The translations under genes were made by a program, and so were the position numbers. Shown piece after piece: positions 9,302-19,157 of a stretch of DNA of 64,000 nt. Under the pieces are notes generated by a model, which searched no databases, was not told the origin of the DNA, and saw only the letters and a program-made list of their open reading frames with translations. The DNA comes from a virus. How positions within the stretch are numbered: position 1 is the first letter of the stretch; each line of letters opens with the position of its first letter. The stretch spans positions 1 through 64,000 of the IMG/VR virus record IMGVR_UViG_3300007214_000060; one strand, 5' to 3'.

Positions 9302-9937
9302 TTATGTTTCATCATATATTTTAAAAAATTCTCCACATTGTTTTACAGCAACACAGTTATGTTGAGTTATGATAGATTTTGTTAAAATATGTTTATGAAT
9401 TCTATGAGCATCCCTCGGCTGCCTAGATATAAATTTTAAAAATTCATCGTATTTCATTTTAGGTACAATATGTATAATATCAACAGACCTATCTCTACTA
9501 TTCGCTTCTTTACACAAAATACTTAAACGATCATTATCAAAATTTGAAGACAATATTAAATTAATAAAATTTTCTGTTAATATTAAATCTGAACGAATTA
9601 CTATAGTATAGTCACTTATTTTATTATCATTTTTTATTTTATTCAAAATATTAATTGACGTAGTAAATTGACTAGACCTAGCCTCATCCGAAAAAGAAAT
9701 ACTTGCAGAGGAGAAATTATTACGAATATAGTTTAACATGAAGTCCGGGGTTGATGAGTAGGTACTAAAATATAATTTTGCATTAAATTTTTCTGCCAAT
9801 CGATTAAATAGTATAGAGTATCCTTTATGACATTTTATAAAATTAATAGTATATGATCCCTTCTTATTCCTAGTAGAAAGTGGCCGCCAGTTTTCTTTAT
9901 ATAGAAATCCTCTAATAATAAAATTCAATGTACTCAT
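9302..9937 (-). CDS. hypothetical glycan-related protein
   Basis: IRG..Y, STY, VIRSDL pattern similar to 5064-5846; lies within the glycan island. Confidence 0.4.
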   Translation of the reverse strand: MSTLNFIIRGFLYKENWRPLSTRNKKGSYTINFIKCHKGYSILFNRLAEKFNAKLYFSTYSSTPDFMLNYIRNNFSSASISFSDEARSSQFTTSINILNKIKNDNKISDYTIVIRSDLILTENFINLILSSNFDNDRLSILCKEANSRDRSVDIIHIVPKMKYDEFLKFISRQPRDAHRIHKHILTKSIITQHNCVAVKQCGEFFKIYDET

Positions 9938-10884
9938 AACATTTCAGCAATATTATTTACTATACTAATATAGTTAGGATTATACTTACACACCCTTAAA
10001 CCCTCGGACACAGCATACTTCATAACTTCTTTTCCGAATTCATTAACCAATAGATTAGCTTCTTGTATATTCTTTTCATAAGCAACAATAGAAAAATATA
10101 ATTTAGCAGCATCAATTATGTAGTTTCCAAAAATATATTTATAGTTTGAATCTATCAGATAAATATTTTTATTATTGACAATTATATTATTTCTTGTAAA
10201 GTCACCATGAAAAAACGTTGGTTCGATTGGTTGTTGCGCTAGATCGCCTATTATAGCTAAAGTTTTTTTTGATGATCCATCTATTATTTTAATATTATTA
10301 ATATATGTTTTATATTCAAAATTCTTTATTGATAAATTCTTAAATTTATATAGCAAATCTATACATTGTTCTATTGAAGCCTCCGCTGTTTTTTGAATTT
10401 TTTCGGTTATCAGTGTTGAGTCATTGCAAAACAAAACTTTAGGAGTATTAAAGTACATGGAAGCTATACTATACCACTGATTCTCAAAAATAGATGTTGG
10501 CGCAATTTTAATCACAGATGCGTCTGTTGTAACGATATGATTTTTTGTAAAATTACTTATAAATCCAGTAAAATAATCATTTGGATTTATTGTCATATCA
10601 TCTATGTATAAATCTGCATATTCTTTATTAAATGAAATTTCGTCGTATGGCACATCGTATTGAGCACAAAAATTTTCAATCAATACTTTATATTTAGCTA
10701 TTTTTTCTTTTTCTGATAATTTATTTTTTGATCCTCTAGCAGTAACGATTTTAATGTATGCATTTATATTTTGTTTTATTTCTTTTAATCTTTCTATTAA
10801 TATTCTGTTTGGTTCTCCCAAAGTTATATGGCTCTTATTTCCTAGACACAAAGTCCCATCAAAATCAACACATATAATAATCAT
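9934..10884 (-). CDS. HAD phosphatase fused to aminoglycoside/choline kinase-like domain
   Basis: VDFDGTL, VTARG, YIDD N-terminal; HGDF..NII...YLID C-terminal. Confidence 0.75.
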   Translation of the reverse strand: MIIICVDFDGTLCLGNKSHITLGEPNRILIERLKEIKQNINAYIKIVTARGSKNKLSEKEKIAKYKVLIENFCAQYDVPYDEISFNKEYADLYIDDMTINPNDYFTGFISNFTKNHIVTTDASVIKIAPTSIFENQWYSIASMYFNTPKVLFCNDSTLITEKIQKTAEASIEQCIDLLYKFKNLSIKNFEYKTYINNIKIIDGSSKKTLAIIGDLAQQPIEPTFFHGDFTRNNIIVNNKNIYLIDSNYKYIFGNYIIDAAKLYFSIVAYEKNIQEANLLVNEFGKEVMKYAVSEGLRVCKYNPNYISIVNNIAEML

Positions 10885-11429
10885 AGTCCTATAGCCTCAT
10901 AATAATCATCAACATCTCCGAATCTTTTAAATGAATTTTCAAAGATGGCCTTTGGATAATTCATGCCAGAAATTATACTATTAGGATCTAACATATTTTG
11001 CATAGTCAATTCGAGATTTTTACAAAAATAAACACCACTACATTTTATATTAGATATGTTATTTTTTTCATCACAAGATACTACTATATTTTTATCCAAA
11101 ATAACAGAACTATACTTTTGCTTATCAGAACTAAATACATATACACAATCTGTTGATACATCAATGTCTTTCAAATTAAGACCAAATGGAATAATATCGC
11201 AATCTATTATAAGAACATTAGTTCGATTACAATCTGGTATCTGTTTTAATGTTTCTAATCTATTCTTTGTTTTTTCATATCCAATAATCCTGGCTTCCGG
11301 AACAATACACATAATATGATCAATAATTTTTTTATTTATATAATATAAATTATATTTTTCCTCTAATGAAATAGATTTAAGTCTGGATCCAATTCCGCCA
11401 ACTGTTATGAATGTATTTATATAATTCAA
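10881..11429 (-). CDS. sugar nucleotidyltransferase-like protein
   Basis: GGIGSRL...K, IIDCD, SGVYF, FGDVDDY. Confidence 0.65.
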   Translation of the reverse strand: MNYINTFITVGGIGSRLKSISLEEKYNLYYINKKIIDHIMCIVPEARIIGYEKTKNRLETLKQIPDCNRTNVLIIDCDIIPFGLNLKDIDVSTDCVYVFSSDKQKYSSVILDKNIVVSCDEKNNISNIKCSGVYFCKNLELTMQNMLDPNSIISGMNYPKAIFENSFKRFGDVDDYYEAIGL

Positions 11430-12061
11430 GTTCTGTCTCCGTTTGATTCTGATCTGACTATAGTATAAAAATTTAAATTTTTAACAATTTTACCAGGCTC
11501 ATTATACAAGTAATTAATTTTTCTAAAATTATGCATTAATGCATTTTTGATCCAATGCAAATTACTACGTTTATTATGTAAAATAATATTTTGTAATACT
11601 TTTAATTTATTAAATGGTAAAATATATAAATTATCATCAATCGCAGCTCCCTCCAACTGAGATACAATATTAATGGTGGAGTAATCTATTACAATAGTAT
11701 CAAATTTAACTTTAAACAATAAGTCAAATCTAGTAATAATAACAATATCATAATTGATATTAGAATTTAGACATAAATCTATCACAGACACAATTTTTTG
11801 ATTGCGATGAGAGGAACCATCGTTTACAATTACAACTCCTTTTGGTCGGTAGTCCGAAACCAACTCGTCAACAATAGAGCTATCATCGGTGCATAAATAT
11901 GTATCAATTATCTTAAATATATTTTTAAAATAATCATATATATAGATATTATAATTATCTATAGAGTGTCTATAATCAATATCGACATATATTTCATTAA
12001 CAGGATTGTAATATTGTTTACAATAATGTTTACCAAAAAATAATATCGCTAGTCTATACAT
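11426..12061 (-). CDS. putative glycosyltransferase-like protein
   Basis: AILFFG.H, YDIVIITRFDL, IDDNLY. Confidence 0.5.
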   Translation of the reverse strand: MYRLAILFFGKHYCKQYYNPVNEIYVDIDYRHSIDNYNIYIYDYFKNIFKIIDTYLCTDDSSIVDELVSDYRPKGVVIVNDGSSHRNQKIVSVIDLCLNSNINYDIVIITRFDLLFKVKFDTIVIDYSTINIVSQLEGAAIDDNLYILPFNKLKVLQNIILHNKRSNLHWIKNALMHNFRKINYLYNEPGKIVKNLNFYTIVRSESNGDRT

Positions 12062-12098
12062 AGTTAGTTTACTTATTTATTGGTTCTTATTATAGGTT

Positions 12099-12695
12099 TT
12101 AATTCTTTACTTTCCCAAAAACACACACCCTGTCAACATCTGCGACAAGAACCATGTCTTTTCTCATTTTAATTTCTGTAGTTAGTAACCAAGGCCCACC
12201 ATCAATTTTGTTGTATAGGTCCCAGTCTGGCTTGCCGTGTGTTGAACAGTTATGAAAAGCTATAAATCCCGATTCATCTAGAACTAGTAAAGCTTGTTCG
12301 TAGTCTTTTTTAACAGCTTCGTATTTATGATTACCATCTATAAAAATTAAATCAAATTTTTCATTATTTTTATGTAAATCAGATAAAACTAATGAACTAT
12401 CTCCTTTAATAAGTCTAACGTCTGATCCAAGAAAATCTTGAACCATTTCTTTACTAAAAGTATTTCCGATATGAGTATTATTTTGATTCTTATGAAAATC
12501 CTCAAACAAATCTATCCCTGTACAATCAATACCCTTGGCATGATCTTTAACAAATTTGATAGTTCCCCCGCCGTATATTCCTACTTCCAAATATCTTGAC
12601 TGTTTTTTCCTTTGCAACGACATAGCGAAACAAGCTATTGTTCTCATCTCGCCAGCTGTTAGATCCAATCTACCTTTTGTTTTGTCTAAACTCAT
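12099..12695 (-). CDS. class I SAM methyltransferase (Methyltransf_24-like)
   Basis: YLEVGIYGG, GDS, FDLIFIDGNHKYEAV. Confidence 0.85.
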   Translation of the reverse strand: MSLDKTKGRLDLTAGEMRTIACFAMSLQRKKQSRYLEVGIYGGGTIKFVKDHAKGIDCTGIDLFEDFHKNQNNTHIGNTFSKEMVQDFLGSDVRLIKGDSSLVLSDLHKNNEKFDLIFIDGNHKYEAVKKDYEQALLVLDESGFIAFHNCSTHGKPDWDLYNKIDGGPWLLTTEIKMRKDMVLVADVDRVCVFGKVKN

Positions 12696-12707
12696 GCGAT
12701 CTTCCTT

Positions 12708-13328
12708 TCATAATAATTTATAATGTAAAGTACAATAATTTGATATTTTATCAATATCGCTAACAGATATTATTTGATAATTAAGTAAAATGCTACTAAT
12801 ATAATTATTGTTAGTATAACAAGCAAACTGAGCATCTTTTTGGGATCTATATTTTTTAGAAAATTTATTTCGATCACAGTGACGTATTTGAAGTATTAGT
12901 TCTGAAATTTTACTATTATTTAAATTAGTCAAAAAGCTGTCTAAATATTTTTGATCTGGAAAGTGTTGAATAACGGCAAAAGAACAAAACATATCAGCAT
13001 TAAGACTAGAAAAGTCTACAGGAACCAAAAAAAATTCTGTTTTATCCTTGAACAAAGACAAATTGTTGCTAGCCGCATCCAGTGATCTCTGAGCTATATC
13101 TATTCCTATATATTTTTTAATTAAAAAATTATTAAATAAATACATCCCCAAGTATCCAGCGCCGATTCCATAATCAACTATAACTTTATTTGTTGGGTTA
13201 AAATGAGTAAAATTATGAGCAAAGCTACTCAACAAATTATCAACACTAACCAACCATTTATCGGCGGTTATGTGAGCAAAAGTTTTATCGCATTTTTCCC
13301 AAAACGATCTTAATTTCTTCATAAGCAA
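12708..13328 (-). CDS. class I SAM methyltransferase
   Basis: VDYGIGAG, YIGIDIA, AVIQHFP. Confidence 0.75.
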   Translation of the reverse strand: MLMKKLRSFWEKCDKTFAHITADKWLVSVDNLLSSFAHNFTHFNPTNKVIVDYGIGAGYLGMYLFNNFLIKKYIGIDIAQRSLDAASNNLSLFKDKTEFFLVPVDFSSLNADMFCSFAVIQHFPDQKYLDSFLTNLNNSKISELILQIRHCDRNKFSKKYRSQKDAQFACYTNNNYISSILLNYQIISVSDIDKISNYCTLHYKLL

Positions 13329-13331
13329 TAG

Positions 13332-14171
13332 CTACTTTCTTAGACTATTTCTTTTTAACTGTTCTCCTTTAAGCAAGTGTCTGGGACCTATCGGTAGCGA
13401 CAAACCCTGCTCAATATCTCTTACGCCTTTTACTAATTTTAATAAACCAGACGGTTCCAGACTGCTCGTATGATCGCTACCCCACATAGTATGATCCAGA
13501 GTAATGTGTCTTTCTATCCAGGTAGCCCCCAACAAAACAGAAGCGAATGTTGTTACTAGTCCATATTCGTGTCCACTGTAGCCAACTTCTTTACCGACAT
13601 ATTTTTGTTTTAACCATTTAATATAATTTAAATTTAATTCGTCAACAGGACAAGGATAAGTACTATTAGTATGCATAATTATGTCTGGGTCGCAGGCGCG
13701 TACACATTTCTCTATTTCTTGCTCAGTACTCATCCCAGTACTTATAATTAATTTAGAAAAACTTTTACGAGCATATTTACACAGATCTAAATCTGTTATT
13801 AATGCTGATGGTATTTTTGTGATAGAATTATATTCTTTCATCACATCAACACTATCGGTATCCCACACACTAGCAAAAAAAATTATTCCGATATTATTAG
13901 AATAATCTATCAATTCAGCTATTTGTTTACTATTAAATTCTATCTTTTTTTTATAATCAAGATATGTCATATCGCCCCAAGGTGTTGAACGAATTTTATT
14001 TTTTTGATCTTCTGGAACACAAAGATCCGGATTTCTTTTTTGAATTTTTACATACTGACAACCAGCAATTTTTGCCAAAGAAATCAACTCTTTGCATATC
14101 TCCATGCTGCCATTATGATTGATGCCTATTTCAGCTATTATGTTTATTTTATTTAGTTTATTATGTGACAT
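13332..14171 (-). CDS. neuB: nonulosonic acid (N-acetylneuraminate/KDN) synthase, lacking C-terminal SAF domain
   Basis: IIAEIGINHNG, KIPSA, ISTGMS, HTNSTYP, GYSGHE, IERHITLD..WGSDH. Confidence 0.93.
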   Translation of the reverse strand: MSHNKLNKINIIAEIGINHNGSMEICKELISLAKIAGCQYVKIQKRNPDLCVPEDQKNKIRSTPWGDMTYLDYKKKIEFNSKQIAELIDYSNNIGIIFFASVWDTDSVDVMKEYNSITKIPSALITDLDLCKYARKSFSKLIISTGMSTEQEIEKCVRACDPDIIMHTNSTYPCPVDELNLNYIKWLKQKYVGKEVGYSGHEYGLVTTFASVLLGATWIERHITLDHTMWGSDHTSSLEPSGLLKLVKGVRDIEQGLSLPIGPRHLLKGEQLKRNSLRK

Positions 14172-14740
14172 AATCCATCCCCTTGTTCTTTAGCAAAAAA
14201 ATCACGCTCTCCCTCAGCATTATGTTTATTTTTATTCATTTTATGTGTAAATCCAATCAAATATATTGTGTCTTCTGGTGATTTATTTTGTTTCAAAAAT
14301 AAATATCCTATTAGTCCCATACTCATATTTGAAATTTTGTTATGTCTTTGGGACAAAAATTTTCTTGTTTCTACAGTTAACTTATTCTGCCCAAATCCCG
14401 GCATGTGACTAATTTCGTCTAAAGAAAAAGATGTGTGGTTTTTTATGTAGTCGTGAACAGTTTTTTTTTGTTGTTGGCGAATAGAGTCAGGATGTGGGTA
14501 TAAAAAAATCTTTTCAAATTTATCTTTAATTTTATCTATAATATGTAAACCACTATATGGAATCTTTCTATTAAAACTTCTTCTAGAAAAATGATATAGA
14601 CTATATTCATTTATATCTAAAGAATTCATTGGCAAGCAATGATTAAAAGTAACAACAATATCTGTTGCCGCAATATGTGGAATTTTATTAAACGTATTCA
14701 ATTTTATATCTGGATTATTTGCTATTAAATAATAATTCAT
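14153..14740 (-). CDS. divergent GT29-like sialyltransferase
   Basis: YLIANN..DIVVTFN, SMGLIG..IYLIGF, HNAEGE (H-x4-E). Confidence 0.45.
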   Translation of the reverse strand: MNYYLIANNPDIKLNTFNKIPHIAATDIVVTFNHCLPMNSLDINEYSLYHFSRRSFNRKIPYSGLHIIDKIKDKFEKIFLYPHPDSIRQQQKKTVHDYIKNHTSFSLDEISHMPGFGQNKLTVETRKFLSQRHNKISNMSMGLIGYLFLKQNKSPEDTIYLIGFTHKMNKNKHNAEGERDFFAKEQGDGLCHIIN

Positions 14741-14783
14741 ATATTAATATAATCCACGAATATGTATTAATACCAGAATAGTT

Positions 14784-14793
14784 GTGTATATTA
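14784..14793 (+). promoter_or_regulatory. GTGTATA motif, putative phage-sigma promoter
   Basis: Motif recurs in intergenic gaps upstream of gene blocks. Confidence 0.5.
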
Positions 14794-14809
14794 AAATGAA
14801 TAAGCCCTA

Positions 14810-15151
14810 ATGAAAGATACACCAAATATGATTAATCACACTATAGTAGCCGTGCTCATCATACTGTGCATAAATTCTATTATTATAGGCTACATCTTGT
14901 GCAAAACTATTCACTCTGATAAAACAATCCACTCCAATGTTGTAAAATTTGGTTCTCATAAAGACACCAATCCAAAAAGTAATAGTTTGCGCGTCAATGA
15001 ACCTCAAAATATTATTATAGATGATTCAAAATTTGTTGTTAGTCTTGACACAACAAAACTAGAAAAAAAGTATGATAGTCTTGGCAAAACAACGCAATCG
15101 TCAGAAAATATATCTGGATCGATTGATAAACTCAAAAAGATGAAAGGTTAA
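14810..15151 (+). CDS. N-terminally membrane-anchored small protein
   Basis: Hydrophobic helix TIVAVLIILCINSIIIGYILC; basic C-terminus; 2 nt before the actin gene. Confidence 0.65.
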   Translation: MKDTPNMINHTIVAVLIILCINSIIIGYILCKTIHSDKTIHSNVVKFGSHKDTNPKSNSLRVNEPQNIIIDDSKFVVSLDTTKLEKKYDSLGKTTQSSENISGSIDKLKKMKG

Positions 15152-15153
15152 AT

Positions 15154-16161
15154 ATGAGCAAAGGCTTAGATGTGGGTACTAGTTATATAGTTTTATCATC
15201 AGAAGATAACACTAGCGGTAAAATAATCTATAAGGATTTTAGGGATGCATTTTACGTTATAAAACCAACCACTCCTGTAGCAACTAAAATGATAGAAAAA
15301 GGATTAAACGGAAAAACATTTATAAAGGATACTGATGGATCTTTTATACTTTTGGGCCAAGACGCTATTGAAAAAGCAATAGAGAGAAACGATAACGCCA
15401 GAAGGCCAATGAGAAAAGGCGTCGTATCTCCTAAAGAAAAAGATAGTAGAAAAATTTTAGCTTTTATTCTTCAAGAGGTTTCTGGAAAACCAGACCACGC
15501 TGGAGAAAAAATAGTATTTTGTGTACCAGCGCAGCCAGTAGATATTCAAGATGAAGATTTTGATGTCGGATACCATGAAGATGTTGTTACCAGCATACTT
15601 TCTGATATTGGATATGATCCCAAAGCAATAAATGAGGCAGAAGCTCTGTGTTACGCTGAATTGGGTAATGATGATTACACTGGATTAAGTATAAGCTGTG
15701 GCAGCGGTATGCAAAATATATGCGTTATGTTGAATGGAGAACCGACAGTAATGTTATCTGTTACCCACTCAGGAGATTGGCTAGATAGAATGGTCGCAGT
15801 TGCTACAGGAGAAAAAGATAGTGTTGTTCAAGCAGAAAAAGAGAATGGTGACTTTACTATTGGAGAACCACATGACAACCCAGTACTAAATGCCATGTCT
15901 GCTTATTATGTTAGACTAATTGATTATGTCACAAAAAATATAAGCGTTGCGCTAGACGGGCATCCACTACTACCAAAATTTAAAGATCCATTAACCGTAG
16001 TAATAGCTGGTGGAACATCTTTGGCTAAAGGTTATGTCGAAATGTTTAGAAATAAATTAGTAGAAAACAATTTTCCATTACCAATAAAAGAAGTTAGACA
16101 CGCCAATGATCCTCTCCATGCTGTGAGTAAAGGTTGTTTGATAGCGGCAAAAGTTCTATGA
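15154..16161 (+). CDS. actin-like ATPase (volactin/MreB/MamK-type ASKHA fold)
   Basis: GLDVGTS (phosphate 1), INEAEA, SCGSGMQN (phosphate 2), EKE, IAGGTS (adenosine), AVSKG. Confidence 0.85.
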   Translation: MSKGLDVGTSYIVLSSEDNTSGKIIYKDFRDAFYVIKPTTPVATKMIEKGLNGKTFIKDTDGSFILLGQDAIEKAIERNDNARRPMRKGVVSPKEKDSRKILAFILQEVSGKPDHAGEKIVFCVPAQPVDIQDEDFDVGYHEDVVTSILSDIGYDPKAINEAEALCYAELGNDDYTGLSISCGSGMQNICVMLNGEPTVMLSVTHSGDWLDRMVAVATGEKDSVVQAEKENGDFTIGEPHDNPVLNAMSAYYVRLIDYVTKNISVALDGHPLLPKFKDPLTVVIAGGTSLAKGYVEMFRNKLVENNFPLPIKEVRHANDPLHAVSKGCLIAAKVL

Positions 16162-16937
16162 ATCATGACATTCTTATCGTATTGCCAGTCTGTTATTTGG
16201 ATATAGACCTTTGCGAACAGCTGATAGATAATATTGCATCACTAGACGATTATATAAATACTGATGTTTTACTAGTTTTTAAAGTTATTGATAAGAATAT
16301 TGATATTAAAAAAATTAATAATATAAAAACTAAATTAGACAAATTATTTAAATCGGTTGCTTTGATATATTGTGAGGAGCCAAAACAACTACCCTGGTCG
16401 ATGTCTGTTAGCAATACATTTACAAATGTAATGAGATATTTATTATTTATCAATAATGATAGACCATTTTATTTTATGGAGTCAGATAATACAATTATAA
16501 AACCTGGCTGGTATGAATTAATAAGAAAAGAATATTTTTCTGAAAATCATAAATTTTTAGGAAACATAGCTACAATAAATCCATATTATCAACCGAAGTA
16601 CGGAACAACCACACTTGTTGGCGGAGCAATATATCCAGCAAATTTTATTGAGTATATTGGTGATATTGTTCACATAGATTTTAATCAATCCAATATCGAT
16701 GACTATTATAGTGGACCGTTTGGCCTGTGCATATCCAAGCATGTGCTAAACGACAGCAAGCAATCGCGACACATGCAAAATTTGTGGGGTTCTTCAAAAT
16801 TTAACAAAATTACAAAAACAAACTACGAGTGCTATAAATCTAATACTGTTAGACAAATCGAAATAAACAACGACATCGCTATTTTTCATGGATGTAAAGA
16901 TGGATCCTTATTAAGGTGTTTAAAAAATGAAATCTAA
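16158..16937 (+). CDS. putative glycosyltransferase (GT-A-like)
   Basis: FYFMESD, GGAIYP, IFHGCKDGSL; start taken at the in-frame ATG. Confidence 0.45.
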   Translation: MNHDILIVLPVCYLDIDLCEQLIDNIASLDDYINTDVLLVFKVIDKNIDIKKINNIKTKLDKLFKSVALIYCEEPKQLPWSMSVSNTFTNVMRYLLFINNDRPFYFMESDNTIIKPGWYELIRKEYFSENHKFLGNIATINPYYQPKYGTTTLVGGAIYPANFIEYIGDIVHIDFNQSNIDDYYSGPFGLCISKHVLNDSKQSRHMQNLWGSSKFNKITKTNYECYKSNTVRQIEINNDIAIFHGCKDGSLLRCLKNEI

Positions 16938-17838
16938 TATAGGTTTGCTCCCATACACAAGAGAAGATATTTATGGGTTGAGTGTGTCTGATCCAGAATT
17001 TTATGGATGGGAAATTACTAAATTCAACATACCAGAGAGATGGTCAAAATCTATGGGGGAAGACACCGTTGTTGCTGTTATAGATACTGGCGTAGATATA
17101 TATCATGAAGACCTTAAATCAAATATATTAAATGGCAAAAATTTTGTAGAAAAAAATAAAGACCCAATAGATGTTTGTGGACACGGAACGCACGTCGCAT
17201 CCACAATAGCTGCGACAAAAAACGGAAAAGGAATGGTTGGAGTTTCGCCAAAAACAAAAATTATTCCTGTTAAAGCGCTAAATGATAGTGGTTATGGCCA
17301 TATGAAACATATCATTGAAGCGGTTGAGTGGTCAGCAAATATTGGTTGTGATTTTATCACCATGAGTCTTGGTTCAGTCGAAAACAATGACAAATTACTA
17401 AAAGTAATATCCTACGCTAATAAAAAAGGATCTGTAGTTTTTTGCGCTGCTGGTAATAGCGGAGAAGAAACAGATATAATGTTTCCAGCCAAGTATGAGA
17501 ATACAATATCTATTGGATCTATCGATCAAAATATGCAAAGAACAGATTTTACCTGTAGTGGTGATAGTCTAGATTTTTTAGCCCCAGGACACGAAATACT
17601 TGGTTGTGTACCCGGAAATAAGTATGCTATTATGAGTGGAACCAGTATGAGCAATCCATTCGCTGTTGGCTGCGCCTGTCTTGCTCTTAGTTATTTTAGA
17701 AAACAAAAACTTAACTACAAATTGAAAACATATATAGATTATATAGATTTATTCAAAAAAAATGCTATTAGTTTAACAGATAAAAAATATTGTGGCGTTA
17801 AGAAATTTGAAGGGTACGGGATAATAAATCCTATATGA
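16927..17838 (+). CDS. subtilisin-family (S8) serine protease
   Basis: VAVIDTG, GHGTHVA, AAGN, SGTSMSNP catalytic triad. Confidence 0.93.
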   Translation: MKSNIGLLPYTREDIYGLSVSDPEFYGWEITKFNIPERWSKSMGEDTVVAVIDTGVDIYHEDLKSNILNGKNFVEKNKDPIDVCGHGTHVASTIAATKNGKGMVGVSPKTKIIPVKALNDSGYGHMKHIIEAVEWSANIGCDFITMSLGSVENNDKLLKVISYANKKGSVVFCAAGNSGEETDIMFPAKYENTISIGSIDQNMQRTDFTCSGDSLDFLAPGHEILGCVPGNKYAIMSGTSMSNPFAVGCACLALSYFRKQKLNYKLKTYIDYIDLFKKNAISLTDKKYCGVKKFEGYGIINPI

Positions 17839-17845
17839 CAACAGC

Positions 17846-17874
17846 TTGACCGTTTTGGATCCACATAGTATAAT
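17846..17874 (+). promoter_or_regulatory. sigma70-type promoter
   Basis: TTGACC-N17-TATAAT in intergenic gap. Confidence 0.75.
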
Positions 17875-17901
17875 TAGTTAGTTATCCTACATTTTACAAC
17901 A

Positions 17902-18096
17902 ATGAACAATTTCGACAACAACAGAAAAGACGCAAGAAGACAAAAGTTTAACTTCACGAAAAATAAGAAATACGAAATTTCTGAAGAACAAAAATTTGTG
18001 TCTAAGTCTAAAAAACAGTTAAAGAAAAAAATTGAGGAAATAAAGTCCGAAGAATTATGGGAAGACTGGGAAGATCCAGAACAAATGGATAATTAG
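17902..18096 (+). CDS. hypothetical small charged protein
   Basis: ORF directly after the promoter. Confidence 0.6.
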   Translation: MNNFDNNRKDARRQKFNFTKNKKYEISEEQKFVSKSKKQLKKKIEEIKSEELWEDWEDPEQMDN

Positions 18097-18099
18097 TAA

Positions 18100-18327
18100 A
18101 TGAAATATTTAGAAGAATTATCTCATGGAGATACGTTTTTATTAGAAGAAAATGTTTTTATATTGACATCAGATTACAAATCAACAAATAAAAAATTGTG
18201 CTATTCTATGTTAACTGGATTTCCAAGATGGTTAGACGATAAGACGGTTGTTGAGCTATGTCCGGTATATACTCTGGATAAAGACAATAATGTTGTAGCT
18301 GTAAAACCGACGCCCAAAAATGACTAG
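18100..18327 (+). CDS. hypothetical protein
   Basis: ORF in operon. Confidence 0.6.
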   Translation: MKYLEELSHGDTFLLEENVFILTSDYKSTNKKLCYSMLTGFPRWLDDKTVVELCPVYTLDKDNNVVAVKPTPKND

Positions 18328-18550
18328 ATTATTTGTTTTTATAAAAAGTTTATGGTGGCATATTTGGGCAGGATTTCCAAAGTCTACTCAGGATGAAATA
18401 AATTATAGATTTTCTATTTGTAATAGATGTGATTTTTTAGATACTAAGCAATCTATATGTTTACAATGCGGATGTAATATTAGTAATAGAAAAAAATTTT
18501 TAAACAAATTAGCATGGAAAGATCAAAAGTGCCCAATAGATAAATGGTAG
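18320..18550 (+). CDS. small Cys-rich protein
   Basis: RFSICNRC...CLQCGC...KCPIDKW. Confidence 0.6.
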   Translation: MTRLFVFIKSLWWHIWAGFPKSTQDEINYRFSICNRCDFLDTKQSICLQCGCNISNRKKFLNKLAWKDQKCPIDKW

Positions 18551-18599
18551 TACTGAAAATCAAAACTCACTCCTATTCTTACAAAATAAAACTTAAATC

Positions 18600-19157
18600 A
18601 TGACAGCTATCAAACACAATCGAATCATCACACTAAACGATAGAGATATTTTCGAGTGCTCAAAACAAAGAGTCAAAGCAGCAATCAACGGCAGCAGCGT
18701 AATCATACCGCATGTTTGCAACAATATTGGTGTTTTTGGTGGTGGATTCACTGGCGCTATAGATAAAATGTATCCAATAGTAAAAAACAATTATGAATTG
18801 CTAGGAAAAACTTTTTTACAAAAAAATCCAGGTCACACCCAATTTATTTCTGTTTTGCAGGACGATGGTAGTAAGCATAAACTAATATTTGCCAATATGA
18901 TAGCGCAAAATGGAATTATTGGTCAAAAAAATAAAAGACCAATCAACTACGCTTTTCTAGTAAAAAGTATGATAAATGTCAAAACATATATTTTATCTAA
19001 TTTCGATTCTGAGTCTCAGATTGAAATCCATGCGCCCAAGTTTGGTAGCGGTTTAGCTGGTGGAAACTGGTCATTTATAGAGAACATAATCGAAGACGTT
19101 TGGGGTCAAATTCCTGTTTATATCTACAATTATAAATCAAAACTAAGATCATCATGA
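18600..19157 (+). CDS. macrodomain (ADP-ribose binding/hydrolase) protein
   Basis: IPHVCNNIGVFGGGF, ANMIAQ, IHAPKFGSGLAGGNW. Confidence 0.85.
   Translation: MTAIKHNRIITLNDRDIFECSKQRVKAAINGSSVIIPHVCNNIGVFGGGFTGAIDKMYPIVKNNYELLGKTFLQKNPGHTQFISVLQDDGSKHKLIFANMIAQNGIIGQKNKRPINYAFLVKSMINVKTYILSNFDSESQIEIHAPKFGSGLAGGNWSFIENIIEDVWGQIPVYIYNYKSKLRSS

Noticed and set aside
14810-16161. ParMRC plasmid-type partition system
   Set aside because: The partner is a TM protein, not a ribbon-helix-helix adaptor, and no iteron array is adjacent
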